Part shown: positions 41,959 to 54,700 of the stretch, in pieces
How positions within the stretch are numbered: position 1 is the first letter of the stretch
How the letters are laid out: each line of letters starts with the position of its first letter
Origin: Ramazzottius varieornatus
Taxonomy: Eukaryota > Animalia > Tardigrada
Direction: 5' to 3'
DNA length: 64,000 nt
Assembly: GCA_001949185.1 (NCBI GenBank)
Contig: BDGG01000012.1
Location: forward strand, 1,542,973 to 1,606,972
Position numbers and translations under genes: made by a program
The notes under the pieces: generated by a model
The model's input: only the letters and a program-made list of their open reading frames with translations
Database searches by the model: none
Told to the model about the DNA's origin: nothing

Positions 41959-42947
41959 TCACCAGTTCGCCGTAAGCGGGAACGGGTTCTGAAGGTACGA
42001 CATAACCAAAGCCGAGATCGAGAGCCTACAACAGAAAGTTTCTTAAAGTTTCTTATAGTTTCTTATAGATATGAAAAGTGACGACCGGTCACGAACCGGG
42101 CAACTTCCGGTTGCGAACTTGGGACATCTAGCCTACCGAGCAACTTCTTCCTTCTTCACCAGAGCTCTGTACTGACTTACATGAAACTGCTGAGAACCTG
42201 CTTCGAGTCATCAAAGGAAGCATTCCGTCCAAGGCTTCGGGCGTTTGCGAAACCGACAAGAGAGCAAAACAGCGCAAGCCAAGCGCACAGTTTTATCTGG
42301 GGAAGAAAGAAAACAGTCACCATATGAGAGGCACGCCTTCAGCGACGGTGATGATACTTAGTATTTCGAAGTGGATACACACCCGTCCCATCAGACCGGC
42401 CATGCTGAGACCCATCCCGAGGATATTCATGATGTCTGCAAAAGAGACTCTGATGTACAAAGCGCAGAACTTGCCGTCAGAGGACTCAAAGTAGAAGTGC
42501 TGGTCAGTAAATTGTAAGATAGAAACTTCCGCACTGCCAATGACCCGTACAAACGATGCGGTGCAGTGCGAGTTGGTCATTCAAGGTCTGCCTTTCGTCA
42601 TCAGTTCTCACCCGTTATGAAGTCATCGTATGGAATGATGGCGAAGTCCGGCTTGTACCTGCAGAGCAGAATTCCTCAGGCTGGCTGAAATTCGAACATC
42701 CCGAAAGCGATTTCGCGATCGGTTTCGAGCACACTCTACCCAACGATGACAGGTCCCACGGGCTCTTACGTCCAAACCGTTCCCGCTACGTTATGTGTTA
42801 TCGTTCGTATGAGCGGACTTGTGATCACGTACAAGAAGATTGACGAAGCCGTACCATCGGAACATTAAGTAGCCAAGCTTACCGTTTGATCTTGTTGGGT
42901 CGGCGTACATCAGCTTCCGATTTAGGGAATGAAATGGTCGCTGGCAT
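41959..42947 (-). CDS. WDR83OS: PAT complex subunit Asterix, 5 small exons (not recovered intact by the ORF track)
   Basis: Spliced: MPATISFPKSEADVRRPNKIKR|YKPDFAIIPYDDFIT|DIMNILGMGLSMAGLMGR|IKLCAWLALFCSLVGFANARS..DSKQVLSSFM|LSISALVMSYLQNPFPLTANW*, matching the Asterix family pattern. Confidence 0.92.
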
Positions 42948-43295
42948 CTTGTGGAAGGACTGAGGAATCCAGTAGACTTGTCCTCAAGAAGCAAGTTAAG
43001 GAACGAGGTATCGTTAAAATATACCAGGAGTCTCGCAAACAAACGTGGAGTCAGAGGAGATCTGCATCGATGCGAATGATCCTTCTAAGTTCCAACTACT
43101 GACTACGGCACTGGGGACGATCTGACGTCATTTTACGCAATTTCGGGACTGTATGCTGTGAACATTTGATTTTTATTTTTACACGCTCCCAGTTTCCGTC
43201 CTCCGTAACTACTGTTTCCTGAAGTTCTTCATCTTCAGTACACTGACCAATCTGTAAGCAAGCGGAGTAATTGCAGGAAGCTAGAAGCTGCAGTT

Positions 43296-43975
43296 ATGAT
43301 CCAAGCCGTGCCGTGCGCGAATCTGTGCTGGACACTGCTCGGGCGAACCAACTTCCGGATCGTGAATCGCAGAGTGTTCCACCTTCTCTCTTCAGTATTT
43401 GCGCGTGAGAACTACTTTGACGTGTTCGATTTGCCACTATCTTACGAACTGCATACTTCTAAGGTGACGAAGCAATATCGCGAAAAACTGAAGCAACTGC
43501 ATCCGGACAAATTCCACCAGAAAGCACAGGAGGAACAAGACTACAGGTATGGAGCGAGGATTAACCTGCATCATCACTTCCGCGTTGACGATTTTCCTTC
43601 GTTTCCAGTGAATCTCAGAGTCGGTTGATAAACCAGGCCTACAACACACTGAAGAATCCGTATACTCGCGGCCTACACATGCTCGAACTCCAGGGCATCC
43701 TGCTTGAAGAAGACAAGCTAGACTTCAGCAGTGAGTTCCTGACGGAAGTTTACGATATTAACGACGAGCTAAGTGAAACTAAAGACCATAGTCGTCTCAA
43801 GCAGATAAAGCAGCAAAACGACAGCAAAATTACAGAGCTCGTGCGAAAGATCACCGCAGCGTTCGAAGGACGTCAGCTGGACAATGCTAAAAGATTCCTG
43901 ATGGAAATGAAATATCTTTATAGTATATCAGAGCGGATAAAACAGCTAGAACTAGAGCTGGGAATCGTTCAATAA
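43296..43975 (+). CDS. HSCB: Fe-S cluster co-chaperone HscB/HSC20
   Basis: J domain (NYFDVFDL..LHPDKF), INQAYNTLKNPYTRGLHML, EFLTEVYDINDEL; one intron. Confidence 0.9.
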
Positions 43976-44019
43976 AGAAGAGCATCCATACCGTAACTAC
44001 CGTTTCGTTCAATGTAGAT

Positions 44020-44986
44020 CTATTTCTTTCCACTGGACTTCGTCGACAACAAGGAAGGCATATCGTAGTTCAGTCCCATCTTCTTCAAGTGTTCCTTCTT
44101 CTTACGTAGATTTTTGTCCATTCTTTCGACTCGCTTGGTATGCTCGTCGTCTGTAACATTGCGGTTATGCTCGAAACGTTTCCTGGCATTGTTGCGGGGA
44201 ACATGGAAGCGGCGATGGCAGTTCTTGAACGTGTCGGCGTGGACCTTCTCCGACGGAATAAACTTACCTGTAAAAGCAACCATGCAATTGCCGCATGTTC
44301 ACCCTCCCGATATCAACCAACATTACTAACGGTTGTACTTACATTTGAATAACTTCTCATACATGAGATAGTTATTCATAGTATCCGCTGCGATCTTCGC
44401 GACTTCGCTGTGTTCGAATTCAATGAATCCATACCCTTTGCTTCTTCCGGTCTGCAAGAAAAGCAAAACCTACAGGTGTAGCTCAAGCATTTGTGTACCG
44501 AAATTGATGAAGATATGGTAAACCTAAGATCAGTAAACGGTAAAACCAAATGGACGAATTCATAATTACAAAATTCGTTATTTTCAATCAACTGTTACCT
44601 TTTTGCTGCGAGAAAGCTTCAGTCGGGTTATCTTGCCAAACTGGGAAAAGAACTTTCGCAAGGGCTCCTCCGCAAAGCCGTGAGGGACGTGGCCGATGTA
44701 GATGACTCCAGGTAAGCTTTCTTGGTCCTTTTTAATCTAAAACAAAAACGTAAAAACGGTAAAATTATGTTCACTTCCGTTCCGTAGGCCATGTGAAAAC
44801 AGACAAAGATGCCGATAAGCTCTGCTTCACCTGCTCATGCTTCTTCTTGACGAACTTCTCAAACTCCTTCTGGTTTCCGGGATTCAAGGCGATCTGGTCT
44901 GTCGAGGCTTCCGAAGGCCACTGCACATCTTCATCCGTGACCGAGCTGGTATCCAACGACATCTCCGACTCCTGATCCGAATCCAT
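44020..44986 (-). CDS. NIFK: Nucleolar RRM protein NIFK/Nop15
   Basis: [30 protein letters not shown]|[27 protein letters not shown]. Confidence 0.9.
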
Positions 44987-45946
44987 TGTATCAAAGGTGA
45001 AGGTACTGACAGCGGTTCAGCGACAGCGTGGGCTACTGATACGGGCTCGATAGTCTTCTTGATCACCACCTACCAGATGCGGACTTGACTCTCGACTCTC
45101 GACCTGACAGACTTGATGGCGACCTAACCTGGAAATCCTTGAAAACGTGAAGTGAAAATCTCAGCTGCTTTTTAAATGAGAAGTTTCGATCAATCAAAGA
45201 GCTCAAATCAAGGGTACGGTTGCGACGTGGACAAGCCTCACCAAGGCAGAGGAACCAGAGGGGGTACAGGAACGCGTACGTACGTCACGCCAGTCTTCCA
45301 ATGATAAAGTCATTGCCGGACTAGCGACCATCAGAGATCGAGATCAGATGGATGACCTTGGATGACCTTTAATTGCTTGGACAGACCGACAGTTCGGCCT
45401 TACCTGACAGATTGAGTCGTTGCCTATTAACTATGTATGCAGGTACATGAAGCGCCTGCGTTTGCGGCGTAGGTCCGGCAAGCACCCAAATATGGCTCAC
45501 TGCAGAGCTACTACCGTAAGTAAGTATCGAACCACGTGAGCAAACGAACATGGCTCACGGGTGAGCAAGGCACGTGACACATAGAGCATTTCTGAATGGA
45601 ATTCACCAGGTTATTGCGTAAGCAGCTTGATATCCCGTGCTCGACGAAGCTTAGCTTCCTTCCACCTGCTGCTTTCTCCTCGCCACCTGTGAACGCTCGG
45701 ATTACTGGTGGACGTTAGCCTTGCAGTGTGCTGTGGAGTTTGCACGGTTCCATATGAGCGTGCTTCGACTGTGTATAACCTAGGAATCTTATCAATTTAA
45801 CAGTTGAGTAACCGTAATGTAACCGACTCTGCCAGGGCGTGGTCTCTGTACGTATCAGACCAATGATGTTGTTTGCTGTAGTGGTAAGTGCCTCTACCGC
45901 TTCCATGTTTTGCGCCTCTACGGTATATACTGCGGTTCCTCTACAT

Positions 45947-47152
45947 TAGAGTTGCTGGAATTTTCAGTTGACTAGTGTGGGCGGAGCATAACGGAGCGAT
46001 TGGCCGCAGCTACGACATAGCCTGCACTCGTAGCCAGCTGGCTGTACGTACGTGCCAGATGGCTGCCATGGGTAAATGGGAAAATACCCCTTACGCCCCT
46101 TATGTGCTGGAAGCGACAGCAAGAATCTCCAGTACTTTCGAGGGTCTTCTGTTGGACAACGAACTGAATCCTCACGCACCAGCAGAAGGAAGAACGAACG
46201 GATGGACAAGGAAACTTTGGTACACCGAAAGCAAGACCCAGCTTGTTGCTGCGCTCACTGCAGCGAAAGCCAAAGTGGATCAAGTCTCCAAGGAACATCC
46301 TGAGTCTAAGTTCCTGATGGGGGTAAGAACTTTTGAGCCCACCCAGGCTGTGAGAATGATGGAAGACCGAGAATGGACCAACATGCGAGATACCATCCTT
46401 CCAAAGCAGGGCGTTACAGGGATAAGTCAAATCCCGATGGATGAGTGGAGGGTCTACCGGAAGATTGCTGAAGAAGTCATGTTCATCAACGCGGAGAACC
46501 TGGATTCGTTCTGGAGAAGCCACTCGAAGGAACTACCAGTCTTGCATGCTATTGCTCTCCAGAATATATGGACACCAGTTTATTCGGTGGAGGTTGAGAG
46601 ATGTTTTAGTGTTATCAACTCGTTCTTTGGAAAAAAGCGATATCAGATGAAGAAAAATGATATAGCAGTTCTGATGAGTTTTGCTTTCAATATGAGACGC
46701 TTGAAAGACTTTGACACGTTTGATAATAGTCTTCAACATATGGAATTGTACAATGCTGCCTAGTTATACAAAAAATTTGATCATGCTCAGTAAATAAGAA
46801 ATTGCCATCAAGTTGTCTTTCGATTATCAGACTTCACTTCCACACGGTTACTTGTGTAAAACTATAACAATTATATATTTCGTGATTTTCTGACGGCGCA
46901 AGTAACAATGCGGAACTGTAGTCAGCTAGTTCGTGAAGTTATGTTAATATGTATCTTTCTGTTTTGTCACGATTGTTGCTTGTCAGCGTAGAAAAGAGGG
47001 TTGCAGTTTCTTCCTCCGCATAACGTAATTTATGTGTGCTGGTGCGCGTCGGGCTGCAGTAGGTAGGTGCATGTCGTAGTTTAGTACCGCGCTCGGCATG
47101 CGCTCCTTCATTCGCTAAAATCGCCAAAATCTGACAATTTCCAGCAACTGTA
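45947..47152 (+). mobile_element. Internally deleted hAT-family DNA transposon
   Basis: Imperfect TIRs TAGAGTTGCTGGAATTTTCAG / (reverse complement) TACAGTTGCTGGAAATTGTCAG flank a transposase C-terminal ORF; no 8-bp TSD recognised. Confidence 0.7.
45975..46763 (+). pseudogene. hAT transposase C-terminal fragment (dimerisation domain)
   Basis: FWRSHSKELPVLHAIALQNIWTPVYSVEVERCFS..KKRYQM..FAFN fits the hAT C-terminal dimerisation motif; N-terminal domains are absent. Confidence 0.75.
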
Positions 47153-47422
47153 GTTCCGGTTAGGAACTTAGGATCTTCTGTGGATCAGATGGAGATTTCC
47201 TGTCTTGTTTTTATCCGCAGCAAGTCTCACTCGGTGAACGGGTTTTGTCGAGGAAAGAAGAAGACCCAGATTTCTATAGAAACATCCGGGAAGTCGGGTA
47301 ATTTGATAATAGAGACTTTCGAGGCGTTAAATTGTTCGACATTCGGTCCTGCATCGGGTTCTCGTGCTACTTACTTTGCGGATCTCCAAGACATCCATCT
47401 ACAGCATCTAAAACTTCTGACA

Positions 47423-48676
47423 ATGGATAGAGTACTACAAAACGTACATAATGTGCAAGCTTACTACGGTGCCGAAACTAGGAGGACCGCCCTTATAATC
47501 TTATCAGGTTTGTTTCATGTCGAGGTTTCGGGAGACTCGAGGAGAGCAATGTGCGCTCTACTTCCTGTCTTACAGGTGGTGCCGAAGAAGCAGAAGTTGT
47601 GGTAAGGAAAGCATTTCAGATCGATCCGAATTCGCTCGATACTAGGACGACCGTGTAATTGGTGTTTGGGATGCTGCAGATCACAGCGGATATTCTTACT
47701 CGGGCAAAGGTAGGTTCCCTAGAAGGAGGCGCTCTTTACTTTCGATAGCAACATCATATCCATCCGTTTTTCTCACAGATCGAAGTTACCATTGCGGGTA
47801 TCGGTGGACCGATCGGGCAGACCAACGAGATATGCAGCCAAGGAATACGCATCGTGCCGAACATGACTTTCGAGAAAGCCTCGGATATCAACGAGCAAGC
47901 CCCTTACGATGTAATAATTTTACCGGGTTCGTCAGACTAAAGACCAGGTTTTCGGTAAAACTATTTGAGTTGAATTCCGTAACCGTTCAACGAAGTCCAG
48001 GTTTCCTCGTTTTAACGCGCCACAGAAGCCCTTCGGATCGTTTCACGTCGTGTTGGTTTGGTGCGCAGGTGGAGCACGTGGATCCGAAACCTTGCGAAGG
48101 TCTCCCGCAGTTGGCAGTATTTTGAAACGGTTAGTCGGAAAGGTACCTGAAGGAAATCTACTGTACTAGCGAAAACAAAGAATACGTTCTTGCATGTTTT
48201 ACAGACAGGAACAAAACGGAGGGTGGATCGCTGCCATCGGCGGTGGAGCTCTGTCGTTGAGGTCTCACGGTATTGCGATCGGGAAGTGCCTTACGACCCA
48301 CAGGAGAATTCAAGACGACCTGAGAGATGGAGGCAAGTAGCATTGAGCATTCCGTTCGGACAATAGGACGCAAGACCAATTCTTAGACCCAATGGATGTT
48401 CCGCTTTAGGGTTACACAACGTGTGCAACTTACGAGTTTGTGTCGACGGCAATATCATCACAAGTCAGGTAGCGAACAGCTCTTCTACAGTACCGTTAAT
48501 GCTTCTTGTCGATCAACGCTACTCAGCACATGCTCGATGGGACCTGGCAGCTTTTTCGTCTTTTCTAGGGTCCTGGAACGGCCTTCGAGTTCGCCCTGAC
48601 TGTCGTGGAGAAGCTTGTGGGTCCCGACGGCATATCAGACCTCCGAGACGATCTGGCCTTGCTAAATTGGGGCTGA
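47423..48676 (+). CDS. DJ-1/PARK7-family protein lacking the nucleophile-elbow cysteine, multi-exon
   Basis: RTALIILS|GGAEEAEVV|ITADILTRAK|IEVTIAG..PYDVIILPG|G..WIAAIGGGA..DGNIITSQ|GPGTAFEFALTVVEKLVG; stop at 48674-48676. Confidence 0.9.
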
Positions 48677-49359
48677 TTACTTGAGCATCAGCACCAGTGG
48701 AAATAATCTGCAATATTTATTTGTTCAGAGGCCTTCACAATTGAAACCACGTCACATAATAGCATTTTGTGTCCTCCCATACAGCATGCTGCGCTACTCT
48801 ATGCGAAGAACCAAGTCATTGATTTATCTGTGACTGCTAAGTATAGTGGCGTATCATCCAAAAACTTCTGGAAAAACTGAGCAAGTCAATTCTTAGTAAA
48901 AAACACCCAGAATAAACTGTCAAACGCTCTACTCGAAATATCAAGTTTCCATCGTAATAACCAACAAGTGAGTCATCTGTAAAGTCACCCGTACTTATGA
49001 ATGAAATTCATGATGACTCACCATTCTGGATGTGTACACTGTACAGTCAGCAAAGTTCATTCGGTACAACTCCATGTCAAATATTTCATAGCAGCAGCAG
49101 CAGCAGCTACTGTTTACAAACTTCGCTGTGTTTCCTTCCTCCTTCAAACAATTTGCTCTATTTGTCGTTATTTTATAGCTCGGTGTCAGTACGAGAAGTT
49201 TGAGCTGTTCTATATAAGCCTTATCTGGAGGTAAGATTCTTTCGCCTAATCTCGTTCCGCACTCTGTGCTTCGGAAGTCAAATTTGTCCGTCTCGATCAT
49301 CAAGGTCAGCTCTTGTGGTTGACACTTCTCCCGTTCTAGGATCGGCGCGATCATCCAGA

Positions 49360-51519
49360 ATGGAGGCATCTCACGCGATGTCTCAGCAGGATGAAGCTGC
49401 CAAGCGGGACCTGGAGAAGGTCCGAATGGGACACGATGCTGCGTACATCAAGATTGCACAGGGATTGACACTGGAGGAACAAGGACACCATTTGGAGGCT
49501 GTTCCTCACTACGAAGAAGGCTTGAAGAGAATGGAGGACGCTTTGTCGGTCCGCTGTGATGGACCTAATGCCGTAGGAAAGGGATGGGATCGAGCGCGAA
49601 CTAACCAAGAGAAGATGCGTCGTATCCGAAAAGTAAGGTTTATCACTATAATATTTTCTTCTTGAATATCTATCATTACGTTTTTACTTAGGTTTTGGAA
49701 GAACGTCTGGGACACCTGAAACATACCGCAGCAAAAGACGCAGACTTCCAAGCTAGTCTTGTCCAGTTCACGCAGAACCTGAAGAATAGTAATCCTCCAG
49801 GTTATAACGAATTACAGCTGAATGATGAGTTCTTAAGTGACGACTTTGGGCGTGTTGAGAGCTCGAGCGATAACCAGATCGAAAGCCCGACATCACAAGC
49901 GTCCGAAGTCTTCTGCATTCCCGATGGGGTCCAGATTTTCTTCGTGTCTCCGGAGGGACATGTCAGTGTACCGAGTTCGCCGTCTGCTCTGAAGATCCTT
50001 CGTCTCGACCATCCACCTCCCACAGGCGTCCACTGCAAGACGTTTTTGCAAGTCGGCGCATGGACCTATCCCCTTCTTCCAGGTATGCCAGTTCAACCAG
50101 CGAGCAGTAACAGCGTAGACCATCGACGATTAATGCCATTTCTGACGTTGACTGTACTTTTATTTAGGTGCTTCCCCTTCCCTACACGCCGACTATGGTG
50201 CCTATATGCTGCCCGATTTGGCGTAAGTACCAAATTTGGTAAAACAAAATCTTCTACAGTTTATAGTCTTCTGCAGATCTTTGGGCTTCTTTCTCTTTGT
50301 GAATCATGTCGAACTTATTCAGCAGAAAACGGTCTGCAGAGTTTGAACTGATTTGATAATTGATTTTGTTTCCTACAGGAGCGATGTGGAAGGTGCCTGT
50401 GTGGGAATCATCTTGGGCGCTTCCGTAGCCCAAGAAACCAAAAACCACTTCCAGACTCTGATGAAACAACTAACAGTCATGAAAGAAACCAAAGTGGCCG
50501 AAGCCGTGAAGGAAGCTGTCCCCGAGGCCACGGTTGATACTCTACGCCGTGAGAACGTCAAAGAAGTCAAGGGAATGGAAGCAGGCGCTCAACAGGGCCA
50601 AGACATGTACCAGCATCCCTACTCCAAGAAGCTACTCGAAGGAGCCGAACTTATCGTGTGGGGTATCCAGAAAGGTTCTGAGAAAGTGGACGCCTTCGTA
50701 CGCGAGAAATCCGTTGGCCTGAAGGATCGCATCGGACCCGACGGTCAGCCTATCACGGTAAACCCGTTGCTTAAGCACGGCTTCAAGTTCGCTCGCGTGG
50801 CATCGGGGTGGACGTACAAACTGAGCAAGAAGGCTGTCAAGGAAGTCAGCCATGTGAGTTTGGTCCTTGCTCGGTATCTTGCCCCGAAACTTACAGCTTC
50901 CATTGAGAATGCAGTTCCTCACTCGTGGAAACAGCCGTCGGAACATGACGGACGGTCCAAGCTGGATAACATGTATGAAGTCACGGCCAGCGGAATTCAG
51001 GTAGAGAACCATACGATTTGTTAAAAGAGTGTGTTGTTTAAAACTACTCTTATGGTTTCTGACGGTTTTTTTTCTTCTAGGGCGCCTCGATGGTGTATGT
51101 GGCTTTGGATAACGCGGCCAAGTTCCTAGCTGCTGGTCTCATCGATGAAAGCGTGCAGATAGTCAACCTGAAGTACGGACCGACGGCTGCTGATGCAGGT
51201 AACGATTACGAAGCCTCTAACTCAGTTCGCTAGTTTCACTTGCAAGATTTCTGTTGCAGTTTATACGGGAGGAAACGTGGTGATGACCGGCCTGACACTG
51301 GGAAACCTGGGCGTGAAGGGAGTTGCAAAGACAACAGCGAAGCACACTGGAAAGATGATGTTTGAAGACTGGCACACGGCTAAACAGATGCGCTCACAAG
51401 GAGGAAGCAAGAGGAGCTCGGTAGATATCCAACATGCTCCCGAAAGGAGTGGAGTGTATCCCCCTACTCATCAAGCCTCTGATATGCCTTCTAGCAGTGC
51501 TGTTTATCCTAAATTGTAA
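49360..51519 (+). CDS. SPART: Spartin (MIT domain, PPxY motif, senescence domain)
   Basis: MIT-like AYIKIAQGLTLEE..YEEG, NPPGY, IPDGVQIFFVSPEGHVS, FLQVGAWTYPLLP, C-terminal senescence domain (LGVKGVAKTTAKHTG). Confidence 0.9.
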
Positions 51520-51640
51520 TGTCGTTGTTCTGATAGTATTGCTGATACTCGCCACAACATCTATGGTTTTTTATTCTCCTTTGCAGCTGAATGCAGCGTA
51601 TTCTTTCTTATTCCTGATTGCAACGTGGCTTATATACGGT

Positions 51641-51655
51641 TTTATTAATAATAAA
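51641..51655. terminator. Back-to-back poly(A) signals for convergent SPART and DIS3
   Basis: TTTATT (AATAAA on the - strand) at 51641-51646 and AATAAA (+) at 51650-51655. Confidence 0.55.
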
Positions 51656-51727
51656 ACTATTTCTTTTAGTAAAAATCTAAACTCAACAAGTGATGAATGA
51701 AGAACGAATATCCTTGACCGACGTTTT

Positions 51728-54700
51728 TCAAACCTCGTTGGTCTTTCGCATTTTGGGCGGAGCACCTACTGGTGCTTGCTCGTTTGACGGTGCCACGCTG
51801 AATCCCGGAATCTGTTGAAAAGCGCGAATCGTTACGTTGTGAAAATTGTTTGCTATATTACTACTGTCTCGAAACGAGAGCTTACGTTCCGGACTTACCG
51901 ATGGTTCCACCAGGTGAACAACGAGTTTGTGATGCTGTAAGCTGGACTGATCCACCGAGATCTGGACTATCAGTCGATCGAAGGTCCGGAATGTCACCTT
52001 GCCGATAGTTTGCGATTGGCTCTGTAGAAAAATTCCTTCACCACACAACGCAAAGCAATACGCTTTAAACGACTAGTAAACCATTCCAGGGAAATTCCTT
52101 ACATACCTCTTGGTCGAACTTGAACGGTATCTTGTTCTTCTCCAAGTCGGACGTTGTCAGCATGATGGTTCCTTCCAGGCCGTACTTGGGCACTAAAACT
52201 TGCAAAGCGTTCTTGCGGACGAAAAGAACGTACGCTTCCTCGTCGACTTTCCTATTCCTGAAGAATAGCTGCAAACAAAAGACAGACAACGTCCGTCACC
52301 TCATCGAAACAACCTCGAAGTGTCGTAGAGTATGTAATTCACCTGAGTATGAAGTCCCACTGATGCTCGACCTGCGTACTGCGCCATCCTATGTCGATAG
52401 TTGATATTCTGGCAAACCTTCTCCATCTGTTTCTTATCCAACAACTCTGGATACGTCGTATCTTGGTTGATCGCTGCAGCCAAGAACCGATGGACAATCA
52501 CGTCAGCATACCGACGAATGGGCGAAGTGAAGTGCGTGTAAATCGGGGTGGCCAATCCGTAGTGCTGAAAGTCTGCGTAGTCGATCGTACCGGTGCAGAA
52601 GTACAACGCTTGCATCATGCACCGGGTGGTCAGTATACGCAGCATGGTGTTGAAGTACGGCTGGCCGGGTATGTAGGCGCTTTCGATGGAATCTGACAGG
52701 GCTTTCCCACTCTTGACGGAAATTTCTAGATGCTTGGAATGCGCTGCTTTGACCACGGGGTCGTAGTTGCTGGCTGGAGGTGCGGGATGACGGCGTAGAA
52801 GGGCGTACTCGGGAAACTCTTTGTAGATCTTCTCGGCAACGCTAATGTTGGCTAACAACATGAACTCCTCCACCATAAAGTTAGTCTCCCTGCAAGCAGA
52901 CGAGATGTGAGTACATGAAAAACAACGAGATAAGAATTCGTTCTTAGACTGCACGGTAACGCTCACTTGAGTTCCTTGGTCTGGACGTCGATCGGGTCGT
53001 GAGTTTCGCTATCGACGTTGAATCGGACTTCCGGTGAAGCCAAGAACAGTGCTCTACGAAGAGAACAAGCATTTGCGATATACTTACTGAATACGATATG
53101 GGAAACTTCAGATTCAGCAGGAACTACCCGTTTAACTTCCGTCTGGCGCGGAGGATTTTGGCCAGGGTATTCAGTTGTCGAAGACCGACGGTGACTTCGT
53201 CTGCCATAGTACTATCGTCCATTCTCATCTGAGCTTCAGCATACGTTAGCGCAGCCTACAGAGAGACCAACGTACTATTCTGTCCTTCCGGGAGAAATTG
53301 GAGAGTGGTGATTACTTACCCGTGAGCGAATAACGCTTTTGGTGAACTTCACAGCCACTATCTCGGCGTGAGGCGTCATTTCCCACAAACACGAGAAAGC
53401 CAGACGTTCTTCTCCACCACGAAGCGAACACAGATTTGAGCTGAGCAAATTCGGAAGCATATCGATGCGCTAAAAGTCATATCGAATGGTCATAGAAAGT
53501 ATGCGAACGGCGAACCATGTGAGGAGAAAAGCTGAGCCTACCTGGTCCACCAAGTATACTGTGGTTCCACGACTGGCAGCTTCATGGTCCATCGCATTGT
53601 TCGGGCGGACGAAATGCGTTACATCAGCAATATGTACCCCCACCTCAATGTTACCGTTGGAAAGAGGTCTCTGATGTAAGGCGTCATCAATGTCAGTACA
53701 GCCGGGTGGATCGACGGAACATATGGGAAGATGACGGAGGTCCATCCGCTTGGACACTTCCTGCCAGAGGACATATTCATGATCAGATCAAATTCAAGGT
53801 ACTGTATTACCTCTAAGGTTTCGCGCAGTCACGTGACAGGCCAGTAAATATTGCGTGGCGGGGATAAAAAACTTCACTGCCATCAATCGAAAATTCCTGG
53901 CCAATCAAGCGCAGCAATGTGCCACAATCAAACAGTCAGTGTTATGAGGCACCGGGTGTATTTCACTGATCTGTCACGTACGGTAGTTCACGAAAGTACT
54001 AGACTGACAAACCTCCGGAGTGAGGTTCCATGGTAGGGACGGTAAGCATGCCATGACGGCACCCGAGAACTTGTCATGCTGGATATCGTGCTCAAGCAGC
54101 AAGACTTCGTTCTCCGCGTTCTTGTCGCCAACTTCGCCCAACCGTTTCACGTAATGTCCAATGGCTAGCTTCGACGAACGGGGCCATTCATCTATCGCAA
54201 CGACAATGCGCTTGCCGAGCAAGACATCGCCCTGCTGCGTCTCGATTCGGATCAAGGGGATACGCTTATCCGCCGGCACGAAGATATACCGTGACGACTA
54301 TTGAACGAAACAAGCATTCTGATTAAACATTTAGGATGATATGGAGGTGGGCCTCTAACCCTTATGAGGATCCATAGTTTTGAACCCACCCTGACATGAT
54401 TTGAGAATGCCTACTTACCGTTTTCGACTGCTTCGGCCGAAGGACTCCGCAGTAAGTTCTCCAATTTCGCTTGATAATACCCACCACACGTCCTGTCGGC
54501 TGCTTGTTCTTATCCGAGATGGATCGCTTCATTTTCGCTTCGACCTAAACGATACAGTGCAAATACAGTAGACAAATCCAAGACCAATGCAGATACGTTT
54601 CGAAGAACATTAGCTGACACTAGTGACTTACTTCGTCCCGAAGTTCAGGTGCTGGTCCTTCCGTTTCATCCGTCGCATCGTCTGTTTCTACGGGTTCCTT

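Noticed and set aside
42437-42610. C/D snoRNA or hammerhead in Asterix intron 2 (TGATGA...CTGA on the - strand)
   Set aside because: The terminal stem is offset from box D, no rRNA-complementary guide was recognised, and only one base lies between CTGATGA and GAAA
45443-45520. Small basic exon (MKRLRLRRRSGK...) splicing into the hAT ORF
   Set aside because: The nearest acceptor (45967) is out of phase with the hAT ORF, whose frame is blocked by a TGA at 45969; no other support
42036-49107. Short tandem repeats (AGTTTCTTAW x3 at ~42037, GGATGACCTT x2 at ~45350, AGC x6 at 49090)
   Set aside because: Ordinary micro/minisatellite slippage with no further structure
50323-50331. 9-nt micro-exon in spartin
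   Set aside because: Weak donor, and the flanking exons already join in frame
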